A DNA stretch of 61,749 nt, the filler included, from Nemertoderma westbladi (lineage: Eukaryota; Animalia; Xenacoelomorpha), in NCBI GenBank assembly GCA_032718475.1. It is 4 parts of 4 records of this genome, joined end to end, with 100 filler letters (N's around TTAATTAATTAA, not from the genome) between each part and the next. Parts side by side here need not be neighbours in the genome. Positions count along the whole stretch, not along the records: positions 35,921 to 49,574 come from JAUCBJ010001338.1; positions 49,675 to 61,749 come from JAUCBJ010008485.1; 2 more parts are not named here. One strand, given 5' to 3'. The translations under genes and the position numbers were made by a program. A model generated the notes under the pieces. It was not told where the DNA came from and searched no databases. It saw nothing but the letters and a program-made list of their open reading frames with translations. Below, piece by piece: positions 47,677-58,058 of the stretch (the stretch's first letter is position 1; the number at the start of each line of letters is the position of its first letter).

Positions 47677-47838
47677 ATGGCAACCATACAGCCATATGCC
47701 GGAACCGCAGTAGGCATAGGCAACGCAACACGTGGCTCTACAGGAGCGAGGAGGCGGTACTGTGGTAGGAAGGCCTACCTCAGTACTTACATTACGATAA
47801 CAGTATTGGCATTATTTATATTACTGTTTTACTTATGA
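47677..47838 (+). CDS. Putative 53-aa small ORF with basic patch and C-terminal hydrophobic helix (MATIQPYAGTAVGIGNATRGSTGARRRYCGRKAYLSTYITITVLALFILLFYL)
   Basis: Manual translation; below the ORF-track size cutoff. Its TGA overlaps the GATC ATG (ATGA, 47835-38). No homolog recognised. Confidence 0.4.
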   Translation: MATIQPYAGTAVGIGNATRGSTGARRRYCGRKAYLSTYITITVLALFILLFYL

Positions 47839-48347
47839 TTATGATTATGTGTACCGGTAGTTCAATCAGACCTTTCCTACAACGCAGCCCAACTTGTAAT
47901 TCCAACTCCAACTACGCCTTTCTTCCTGCAAACAGATTTAAATCGAAAAACTCCGGCACGAATAGAGTTATAATTCCTAGCCGATCTCCGTGGAAGGAAA
48001 CTCCAAACTCAGCCCTACCGCCTCCGACAGCAATTACCGACGATATAATACGTCGTCTAGAGCGGTTAGCGCTGGTCAATCTAAACGATAAGGAATCTGT
48101 CAGACACCTAGAGTCGGCAATACGCCACGCAGATCAGTTACTAACGGTAGAATTACCCGAAGGTGTAGAACCTATGTACACGATACTCGAGGATAGCACT
48201 TGCTATCTGAGAGCTGACGTTGTCACGGAAACTAATTGTAAAACAGAGTTGTTAGCCGGTGCCGCTGTAGTAGACGAAGATTATTTCGTAGCCCCTCCTA
48301 GCGGCGATACTAAGTTATCGCCTAAAGAACCCTCAGACGATTTTTAA
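47835..48347 (+). CDS. GATC: Glutamyl-tRNA(Gln) amidotransferase subunit C, mitochondrial (apparently intronless)
   Basis: IIRRLERLALVNL...LESAIRHADQL..V...GVEPMYTILED...LRAD.V.E.NC..ELL..A....EDYFVAPP is the metazoan GatC signature. The N-terminus is Arg/Ser-rich and lacks acidic residues, like a presequence. The start could be any of three nearby ATGs. Confidence 0.9.
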   Translation: MIMIMCTGSSIRPFLQRSPTCNSNSNYAFLPANRFKSKNSGTNRVIIPSRSPWKETPNSALPPPTAITDDIIRRLERLALVNLNDKESVRHLESAIRHADQLLTVELPEGVEPMYTILEDSTCYLRADVVTETNCKTELLAGAAVVDEDYFVAPPSGDTKLSPKEPSDDF

Positions 48348-48406
48348 ATCGTTTAAATATGTAGTACCGGTACCGCACCCGCACCGCTACCGGTACTGTA
48401 GTAGAA

Positions 48407-49285
48407 ATGTTACGGAATATTATATTTAGAATTTATAAAACTGATTGTGTTGGGTTATCGTTACCGGTACGTTGTACCCGCACAGGTTCACATTATTGGC
48501 GCGACTTCAATAAACATAAACCATCGAAAGTTAAAAGTAATTCAATCCAACGTTGTTTCGCATCAGAAACTAGTTTATTGATCGAACAGGTTATTGGTGT
48601 TACTTCGGATAATGAGAAACAGTTTTATAATGAAGTTAACAAATCATCTGTTAGTTTTAGACAAGAAAATATTTTGTCCAGTAACAATGATCTACCATAC
48701 GACCCGTATCTAAGCGACGGTGGTAAACAATCTGATGTTGCTAATAGAATTGAAACAACCATTGAACGCGACACTGTTCCTGTAGTAACAGTCTACTGCG
48801 ACGGCTGTTGTCTGTTTAACGGACTGTCCGAACCTGTAGCCGGTATAGGGGTTTACTGGGGTCCCCAACACCCCGCTAACATATCCCGTAAGTTGCCCGG
48901 CACACGGCACACCAACCAACGTGCCGAGTTGCACGCAGCCGTATACGCATTGGAGTCAGCTAAGGAGCGGTGTATCCCTGCTGTTCGGGTAGTTACTGAC
49001 TCAAACTACGCGATTAGATGCTCTACAGACTGGGGTAGTCGGTGGACACATAACGGTTGGCGAACGGTCCAAGGGACGCCGGTTAGGAATGTGGATTTAG
49101 TGAAGCGTTTGTTGGCCTTGAGTTCGGTTATGAGTGTCTCCTGGGAGCACGTTACTGGACATTCTGGTCACCCGGGTAACAGTGCAGCTGATAGGTTGGC
49201 TAGACAAGGTGCGATACAGGAAACCGTAATAGATAATGGGTCGCCCATGGTAACCACGGTATTAGATACCGATGAGAACGTTTAG
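48407..49285 (+). CDS. RNASEH1: Ribonuclease H1-like protein (eukaryotic type), intronless, with presequence-like N-terminus and no recognisable hybrid-binding domain
   Basis: Catalytic-domain motifs VYCDGCC..NG...AGIGVYWGP.HP.N, TNQRAEL, TDS.Y, W..NGW, VRN.DL and WEHV.GHSG.PGN..ADRLA are present, with all four acidic residues. AATAAA at 49487-92. Confidence 0.85.
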   Translation: MLRNIIFRIYKTDCVGLSLPVRCTRTGSHYWRDFNKHKPSKVKSNSIQRCFASETSLLIEQVIGVTSDNEKQFYNEVNKSSVSFRQENILSSNNDLPYDPYLSDGGKQSDVANRIETTIERDTVPVVTVYCDGCCLFNGLSEPVAGIGVYWGPQHPANISRKLPGTRHTNQRAELHAAVYALESAKERCIPAVRVVTDSNYAIRCSTDWGSRWTHNGWRTVQGTPVRNVDLVKRLLALSSVMSVSWEHVTGHSGHPGNSAADRLARQGAIQETVIDNGSPMVTTVLDTDENV

Positions 49286-49727
49286 GAGTCTTACTTAAAG
49301 AATTATTATGTAAATTTCGTACCAGTTAAGATGGGCGATTTAATACATATTTGAGTAATTATCCGCCGCAGTCTGGCTAATAATATAATAACTTCTACAG
49401 TATAACAAACGAGAAAAAAACAAACGATTATGAGTTTGTTATTAACTATATTATAAGTAGTTATAATATAATTACTAATTAATAATAATAAACTCATTTT
49501 GCTTTACTCTTGTTCTTGTATATAATAATAATATTTGGATAAATTAATGTAACTATTTCAGATATACATTTCTTNNNNNNNNNNNNNNNNNNNNNNNNNN
49601 NNNNNNNNNNNNNNNNNNTTAATTAATTAANNNNNNNNNNNNNNNNNNNNNNNNNNNNNNNNNNNNNNNNNNNNAGAAGACATCTTAATTTGGTGGGTTA
49701 AACTGCCAAAGGTCTGAAAGCGCGAAC

Positions 49728-50021
49728 AGTGTTTCCTGTGTTGGTGTTCCTGGTGGTGGTGTTCCTGGCGGTGGTGTTCATGGTGGTGGTGTTCCTGGCG
49801 GTGGTGTTCATGGTGGTGGTGTTCCTGGTGGTGGTGTTCCTGGTGATGGTGTTCCTGGTGGTGGTGTTCCTGGTGGTGGTGTTCCTGGTGGTGGTGTTCC
49901 TGGTGATGGTGTTCCTAGTGGTGGTGTTCCTTGTGGTGGTGTTCCTGGTGGTGGTGTTTCTGGTAGTGGTGTTTCCTGTGTTGGTGTTCCTGGAGGTGAT
50001 GTACCTGGTGGTGGTGTTCCT
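49728..50021. repeat. Minisatellite, 15-bp unit GTGTTCCTGGTGGTG, ~19 copies
   Basis: Direct repetition. Confidence 0.95.
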
Positions 50022-50827
50022 GCATAATAATGCACTTATTCCTTAATTTACCACTTAAAATATGCACCTAATCCTAAATAAAATGAAAATGTAAACTGTG
50101 CTATTGACTTCCCTTTATTGTTTTGGTTGGAATAGCATGTCGTTGCAATCTGCTCCCTTCCCTTAATTGATAATTTTACTAACATTGTTAATTTGCCGAG
50201 ACGAGATTATCATAAATCTGGCTATAAAATATAAGCGAATCTAATAAATAATATGTTAAATATTCCGGCTGAATGGTTGGCTAGTAAAGTCGGGAACACA
50301 TGACTGATGCGCGCCAGATCTGCCTTATAAAAATATATTAGGAAATTAATACTACATTAGAGTGAGTTTATCTCGATAGCTCCGTTTGTCATCAACTCTC
50401 TAAGTGAGTCTTTGTCTTTGTAGGTGGTACTGTAGCACTGTAGGCCTACAGTGATTGATTTCAGGCGTTCGTAAAACGTATGACCACGACCACTACTGTA
50501 TGTTGCATTTTATTCCACTTTTGCATTACTTATTTTCTATATTCGGTAACATATCATGTATTTCCTAATATTTTCTTAGTCTTTAGGTTTTGACTAATTA
50601 ATTCATTATTAAAATCAATAAATAATGTGAAATTTATTATCTGTAGGCCTATATAAATAATTTATATATACTGTATATAGTTATTATTTAATTGTTTTAT
50701 TTTATTGTTGTTAAATTTATTGTTGTTCAAATCAGTAATCAATACTACATAAAAGAGATTAATTTAAATATATTGCATCTTAGATGTATTTTATCGATCT
50801 ATATATTTGTACTCAATTAGTATCAAT

Positions 50828-50921
50828 ATGACGAAGCTCAAACTCTGTTGCGGCGATCCGACGATATTTCCATCTTTATATTCAATATTCCTAATTAGCA
50901 ATGCTGTAAGAAATATATATG
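50828..50921 (+). CDS. LamG-EGF gene, probable first coding exon (signal-peptide-like: MTKLKLCCGDPTIFPSLYSIFLISNAVRNIY)
   Basis: ATG plus 31 codons ending at a perfect GTGAGT donor in phase 1, compatible with the phase-1 acceptor at 51277. Confidence 0.65.
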
Positions 50922-51276
50922 GTGAGTCAAAACATTTTAAGTTGAATAATTTAATGTTGTTAATCGTTCTTATATGATACCGGTACAGGGCGAGAAAATA
51001 TTAATATTGATAAATTATTTGAGTTTCAAACAAAGTTTACAAATTTGGAAGTCAATTGAATTAAATTATTGGGAATCGGACTTTAGTTTTCTGTATCGAT
51101 AATATTTACAGACATGCAGCATATCATCATTAATTAAATATTCTGTTTGTTATCCGAAATGTATCAAACCACAGAACATATCTAATTATTATTCATATGT
51201 TCTGCGGCATCCATCCCCTAAGACTACAAGCTGACATTCCAACATTGAAATTTCATTATATTTCTATAAATTTTAG

Positions 51277-51936
51277 ACGTATCAGGATGTTCTCATCCAA
51301 TCAGTGATAGCCTAGTCGCCCATTGGCCACTCAATGAAGAATACGGGGGTAGCGATAAGCTTGGGAATCTAAATGGAGTAATCCATAACAATCTAGTGTA
51401 CGGAGCGGGGCCAGTAGGCATTGAAAGCCATGCATTTGATTTCCACAATGGGTATATTAACATCAGCCACAATGGAGAACTAAATACAGAGACATTCACG
51501 ATTACTGCCTTTATCAAAACTGAATCTTTAGCAGCACCGGTATTTGCTTATGAATCTCTGACTCACGGTGGATCACTCCTACGGGTTATCACGAAGACTG
51601 CCGTTATAAGTACGTTGTACTTTAGGAATGCGATGAATATAACGCTTGATGATGGTGGCATCCATACTATCGTCGCTAACCAGTGGTACTTCGTTGCTGT
51701 GGGAGCTGATAAATTACTCGGGGCATGGTTTCTATATCGTCGACTTGTGGGAAGCTCTGAGATAGACTTCAACCAGGTTCGAGGAGCTACTACCAGACAC
51801 GCCGCAGATTCTGGAAATTTACTTATTGGAAAAAGAACTAAATTTCATGTCGGAAAATTTCAGGGATTAATTAGCCATTTTCGGTACTATCAATGTTCTT
51901 TGTCAACTAGTCAATTAGAAGAAAGTTATTTGAGAG
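51277..51936 (+). CDS. LamG-EGF gene, laminin-G/pentraxin-like (concanavalin A fold) domain exon
   Basis: TTTTAG acceptor and G|GTTTGT donor, phase 1-1. Motifs LVAHWPLNE, AFDF..GYI, FTITAFIK, NQWYFVAV, LLIG and FQGLISHFRYYQCSLS..QL. Confidence 0.85.
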
Positions 51937-52147
51937 GTTTGTACATTTTACTACACCAGACAAATAGTCAGACTAGACACAGCCTTCCCAATAAGTAAGC
52001 GACCTTGGAAGTGACCTTGACAGACCGCATACAGATAGACCGACTGACAAACAATGGTTGAAATAGCTGTGCCCTTGCCCCTTATGCTCATCTCGCTTAC
52101 TTTTTTACTTGGTCGTCCAACCTACAGTGAGTCACTTCCGGATATGC

Positions 52148-52693
52148 AGGTGAGGCTAGAGGAAGGGGGGTGGGGTGGGGCTAGAGGGAGGGGGGTGCGG
52201 GTGGGGCTAGAGGGAGGGGGTGCGGGTGGGGCTAGATGGAGGGGGGTGCGGGTGGGGCTAGAAGAAGGGGGTGCGGGTGGGGCTAGAGGGAGGGGTGCGG
52301 ATGGAACTAGAAGGAGGGGTGCGGGTGGGGCTAGAGGGAGGGGGTGCGGGTGGGGCGCAGAGTTAGGGGGTGCGGGTGGGGTTAGAGGGAGGGGGTGCGG
52401 GTGGGGCTAGAAGAAGGGGGTGCAGGTGGGGCTAGAGGGAGGGGGTGCGGATGGAGCTAGAAGGGGGGATGCGGGTGGGGCTAGAGGGAGGGGGGTTGGG
52501 GTTAGAGGGGGTGTGGGGCTAGAGGGAGGGGGGTGCGGGTGGGGCTAGAGGGAGGGGGTGTGCGGGTGTGGCTAGAGGGTGTAGGGTGCGGGTGGGGCTA
52601 GAGGGGAGGGTGGAGCTAGAGGGAGGGGGTGTGGGGCTAGAGGGGGGGGGGGGGCTAGAGGGAGGGGGTTAGGGTGGGGCTAGAGGGAGGGGC
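52148..52693. repeat. G-rich minisatellite, 25-bp unit GGGTGGGGCTAGAGGGAGGGGGTGC (intronic)
   Basis: The period is 25 (GTGGGGCTAG at 52201 and 52226), with four G-runs per unit. Confidence 0.9.
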
Positions 52694-52827
52694 GATATAC
52701 TAGACTAGACTATATTCCAGTAAATTTAATAACTTCGACCAAGGTACTGTAAGCCGACCTGCAATAATATACTTACAATAAACATGATAAAATAGAAGCG
52801 CCCTACAGAATCAACAATTCCTTTCAG

Positions 52828-52950
52828 CTTACGATGAATGTGTTGCTGACACTCATGATTGTCATCCTAAAGCCATCTGCACTGATCTTGAATTGGGCTT
52901 CAGTTGCTCGTGCGGTTCTGGCTATTTTGGTAGCGGGACAGACTGCTCAG
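52828..52950 (+). CDS. LamG-EGF gene, calcium-binding EGF exon 1 (YDECVADTHDCHPKAICTDLELGFSCSCGSGYFGSGTDCS)
   Basis: CTTTCAG acceptor, GT donor, 123 nt, phase 1-1, six Cys in EGF spacing. Confidence 0.9.
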
Positions 52951-53303
52951 GTGGTATACTTTTGTTCAATAATACAGTTTGTTGATAAGGGAAAAGCTAG
53001 TATAAATAATAGGGCCAATTAGTAGACGTAGGCATGTTATGTTAATTAATACAGTATAACTAATTCCATATTATTTTATGAGTTGAGTAAGACGAATATT
53101 ATTTCGGAATTTTTGCTAAGTTCTAGAATAGTTACAGCAAAAGTAGTGCAGTTGTACATATACAGGACATAAATTTAGCGTCTTGTGGAAATCAGAAGTT
53201 GATAGTGGTATATTGTCGGGGATTGTGGTATATAACGTTCGCCGTTAATTAGATATGTTAGATTATACATACCGGTTTAATGTACAGTATAAATGACTTT
53301 TAG

Positions 53304-53338
53304 ATGTTGATGAATGTACCGAAAACACACACAACTGA
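53304..53338 (+). pseudogene. Truncated duplicate of cbEGF exon 2 ending in an in-frame TGA
   Basis: ~53113-53337 duplicates ~53684-53915, including the acceptor and [11 protein letters not shown], and then reads TGA. Confidence 0.8.
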
Positions 53339-53881
53339 TTTAATTCCTAATTTTATTCTAGAACACTTTTAATTAAACTCTGCAGAAGAATATCCGATGT
53401 ACCGATGTGAAAATTTTACTTGAATTTTTATTGGAAAGATGAGAAAAAAAATTGTTCATCGATATAAATTATCACCTAAAATGTTATATTGCAAGTTCTG
53501 TAAGTGCCAATGACTTCTCTCAAACTCCTGCTCAGGGACTATGGACTTCCCTATATTCTAGGAAGATCTGGGAATGTGTATGGCTGGCTGACCATGAGAT
53601 CTGGGGGAGATATCTTACTTGTTACTGGGTCCGCCGGCACTGCACCGAGGAGATAATATTTTAAAATAAATAAAAATAGAATACTAAGTTCTACTAGTAC
53701 ATTGAAAGCCATAGTAGTGCAGTTGTACATATACAGTACATATATTTAGCGTCAGGTGGAAAAGGAAATCAGAAGTTGATAGTGGTATATTGTCGGGGAT
53801 TGTGGTATATAACGTTTGCCGTTAATTAGATATGTTAAATTATACATACCGGTTTAATGTACAGTATAAATGACTTTTTAG

Positions 53882-54007
53882 ATGTTGATGAATGTACCGA
53901 AAACACACACAACTGCCACAGTAATGCCGACTGCACAAATACTGACGGTGGATTTAGTTGCTCCTGCAACTCTGGGTATTCTGGAGATGGTAAAGATATC
54001 TGTGCAG
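53882..54007 (+). CDS. LamG-EGF gene, calcium-binding EGF exon 2 ([42 protein letters not shown])
   Basis: TTTTTAG acceptor, GTAATA donor, 126 nt, phase 1-1, cbEGF consensus. Confidence 0.93.
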
Positions 54008-54170
54008 GTAATAAATAAATAGTGTTAATTACACTATTTTTTGACTCGCGTCAAAAATTTGACGCGAGAGAACTTCGCTATACACAATGTGTCGCCATTG
54101 TACGTATTTCATACATGACATTAATTGCATCGGTCTAAAAGGCATGCTTCTGTTTTGAGTGCTGTTAGCC

Positions 54171-54565
54171 CATATTACCTTCCTACCCACTCACACCCAC
54201 CATATTACCTTCCTACCCACTCACACCCACCATATTACCTTCCTACCCACTCACACCCACCTCATTACCTTCCTACCCACTCACACCCACCATATTACCT
54301 TCATACCCACTCACACCCACCTCATTACCTTCCTACCCACAACACCCACCGCATTACCTTCCTACCCACTCACACCCACCTCATTACCTTCCTACCCACA
54401 ACACCCACCGCATTACCTTCCTACCCACTCACACCCACCATATTACCTTCCTACCCACTCACACCCACCATATTACCTCCCTACCCACTCACACCCACCA
54501 TATTACCTTCCTATCCTACCCACACGCACCCACCTCATTACTTTCCTACCCACTCACACCCACCA
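54171..54565. repeat. Minisatellite, 30-bp unit CATATTACCTTCCTACCCACTCACACCCAC, ~13 copies (intronic)
   Basis: Direct repetition. Confidence 0.95.
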
Positions 54566-56580
54566 CCTATATAAATAACTAACTAAAATATACCCACCAC
54601 TAATATAAATATACTGTACTCATACTGTAGTCAGTCAGTAGGTATAAGTGGTAAGTAGATGTGTCATTAAGACGTGTTCAAGACGTAATTTTAGGTAATT
54701 TTTTCCACCATGAAAAGTATCACACAGATACGTGTTGTCAAGACATGTTCAAGACGTCATTTTAGGTAATTATATCCACCATGTATAAGTGTCAACAAGA
54801 CGTGTTCAAGACGTAATTTTACGTAATTACGTCAACCATCAAAACTTTGAGTTCTTGCAACAAACATAATTGACGTAAAATGACGTCCACATACCTGTTG
54901 AGGTGTAAAAATAGACGTCAAATGCTTATAGGGCATTCGTCGTAATGCTTGAAAAAAATGAGTAAATGTAGAATTTATAATGATTTAAATTCTTTCATAA
55001 TTATTTTCAACACTTAATGCCGAACCATTGTTTTATTTCAACAGTTTGATTTTCAATCAATATATATTGGGTTGTTATATCACCACAACAATCAAAACAT
55101 TACAAATTGTTCTATTATGGTTCAGTGTCTCTGCTTCGCCTTGTTATATGATATTATAAATGAACTTAGAACACTCTGCAACCACCCAAACCCATTTAAT
55201 TAAAATAATCGTAAAACGACAACCTAAAGACTGGGCAGACCGTAAAATAAGCGAAAAATATTACATACAACATGAGCACCCCACACTCGATACCCAATTA
55301 CGTACCTACGCATAACATTGGTTGGTAATTCGTTTTCGGAACAGTCTTTGGTCTTGTTTTTTAATTGTATTTTTAATTTTGGTCGTTATTCACATAAATC
55401 TTGGGATTATTAAAACCTTGGGGTGTGCTTAATTTTGATTGGTTTGGTTATAATAATTATTGTTTCAGTAACACTACCGCGGTTCGTGTTATTCTGCAGT
55501 AATTGTGCTAGTAGCTATAGGAAGTAGTCTGACAGTATGAGTAGTGTGTTAGTATGTTACTGTAGTTCGTTGGTAGGTACGGTCGAGTTTAGCCACTGCC
55601 AAAGGCCTGTTTGGCATTCTTTTTATAATTTTGTAATTTATTATAACTTGCAATATACTGTTGGTTGAAATGTTTGGCATATAACATCCTCCTTTTGGTT
55701 GACAGTAAAAGATCACATAAACCCAATTTCAGACATTGTTATATGATATTGTAGGCCAATACCAATTTTCAGATACAATAGTGAAAAAAGTACTATTGAC
55801 ACTTTATTCACTCAAGCCACTAAGCTGCTTGCTTCATAGCAGCTGCATTTAAAAAAGAGAATCCTAGGCCATCATGCCGGTTATCTACGACATTGATTCG
55901 ACACCATACCCTTTTACAAATGAATTTCACGATATTATCCGCATCTTCAAGGCCGACGTTAGAAGGATCTCAAGAAACTCACGGGCTGTAAACCACTCGT
56001 ATTCTCTCCATGAGGCCGCCCAAACACAGGATCGCGCATTGACTGCTTGGGAGACTAATGAGACACATCCAATGCTGTATAGAGTTTGATTTGCTGATGT
56101 GTTCATTGCACTTGACTTAATTAACACATCGTCGTTTGTGTATATGTTATCCAGAAATTTGGTGTTTTCAGCTGATCCCGCCTCCATCCCTCTTGTGGTG
56201 GAGGGTCTGGGTGTATTGGATTCCCACTCCAGTACATTACATCGCGCGTCTGCAGAAGAGTCTGTCCGTGGCATTCCCGTGTCCGATGTAGTAAAGCTCT
56301 TATTCCAACATCTCTTTGCCGCAGGAATGCCATAGTGTGGCTCCGTAGAAGCCCATTTTTACCTCCCCCTGAGGACGGAATGCAGAGACACCCGACCATT
56401 ATTGGGGTACTCACTATGTCCTTACCACTGGAACTTAGTAAGTATAAATTTTTTAGGTGCATGCTAAGCTAATACTTATCATCACGATAAATAAACAAAC
56501 ATGCAATCACGCAATAACTCTATTATAATAATAATTTTAACAAATATATGTCTTCAATAGATTCATAATATGTTTCGCAG

Positions 56581-56706
56581 ATGATAACGAATGCACATCA
56601 AGCACACACAACTGCCTAACAAACGCAATCTGCACAAATATTGATGGAGGTTTTAATTGTCTTTGTAAATCTGGTTATTCAGGCATTGGTGTAACATTGT
56701 GTAATG
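56581..56706 (+). CDS. LamG-EGF gene, calcium-binding EGF exon 3 (DDNECTSSTHNCLTNAICTNIDGGFNCLCKSGYSGIGVTLCN)
   Basis: TTTCGCAG acceptor, GTAAGA donor, 126 nt, phase 1-1. The gene presumably continues beyond the window. Confidence 0.93.
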
Positions 56707-57052
56707 GTAAGAATTAAATATTAATTATTTATTGTTTAAATTCATTATCTTAAAGATCTAAACATTTTTAAACCTCATTTATTTAAATCTAACCCCGCAT
56801 CACAACATCAGGACATAGAATTAGTTGATAAAGACCGTTGTCTCTCAATATGTTATTGCCATTCTATATCACAGTTGTTAATAACCGGTATATTGTCGGC
56901 GATTGTGGTATATAGTGATGGCTCTTTAATTAGTGCTGGTGTAGAGAGCGCAGTCTCTCAACGTTTAATATTTGCATAAGTCAGTACAGCAGTAAGTAAA
57001 ACATAATAAGACATGCAGAAAGCTGATACATCGCACAGTGATAGGTGCATAC

Positions 57053-58058
57053 TAGAGTTGAAACAGAGACCTGTTTTTCTTAATCCCGGTAAACCAGAGC
57101 CCTACCCGGAGAATTATTTTGAAAAATACCGGAGACCAGAGCCGGAGATCAGAGACTTTGCTTATTTTTCTACTTACAATTTGATTAGTCCCATAAAGCA
57201 CAAACAGGTACATACGGCCTTAACTATTTTTCTATGGTTCAATTACAGTAAAGTAAATCCAACCCATTTCAACTCTTACCCATTGTAAGAAAATAAGCGC
57301 ACGTACAGTTTGGGGGGCTTAATTAATATTAATTTGGTTATTTGTTTATTAATTCATTCTTATTTTGTTATTGTTAATAATATGTTACATTAATTTGTTT
57401 TGCGCCATAGGTACCGGTACTTTGTTAATTAAAGGCACTTATTTTACAATTGTTCAAATCATATACATTTCAATGTACTATAAAATAAACTTAGTAAATT
57501 ACGAATACAGTGCACAGTTGTAGTACTCTACTCGCCCCATATACAAGCCTCGTTATGCTAGTTCTCTTCATTTGGTCGTCATATCCTATAACAAATTGAA
57601 TGGAGACCAGCCCTTTCTTTCACTTTTAAACATTATCGGAGCTCAAATTAACCCTTATCCTTAAATAAGAACGACCTTTAGGTGCTAATTTAACTTAAAA
57701 TTAAACGCACCTTAAATTAATTAAATAGAAGATTATCGGTACATTTATTAGAAATAGAAATAGTGTAAAAGTGATAAAAGTAGTGTAAAAGATATAATTG
57801 TGTTGAAGTGGTGTATGAAAAATAGTTAAAAATTAAATAAATAATTAATTGTAAAAAATTTGTGAAAAATTATCTTCATTTCACATTTTGTGTTGTACAG
57901 GATCTATTTTTAAATATCTATATATTTCTAATTTGTAAAATCACTGATCTCTGGGTAAAATGTCTGTTTTCAATACCCGGGAACCAGAGACCTATCCAGA
58001 GACCAAAAAATAGCCCAGAGAATCCAGAGATCAGTGACAGGTCTCTGTTTCAACTCTA
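57053..58058. mobile_element. Non-autonomous hAT transposon
   Basis: Perfect 22-bp TIR TAGAGTTGAAACAGAGACCTGT and perfect 8-bp TSD GTGCATAC (57045-52, 58059-66). Subterminal CCAGAG/CCGGAG repeats and no transposase. Confidence 0.95.

Noticed and set aside
47677-47936. sORF as a spliced first exon of GATC
   Set aside because: The better donor (47765) is out of phase with the candidate acceptors, and the in-phase donor (GTACTG) is weak. The unspliced GATC N-terminus already looks like a presequence. Not excluded without RNA data.
49729-50046. Poly-Val membrane protein or Pro-rich protein ORFs
   Set aside because: Translations of a 15-bp minisatellite.
52054-54578. Gly/Arg-rich and His/Pro-rich ORFs (52054-52410, 54125-54578)
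   Set aside because: Translations of intronic minisatellites.
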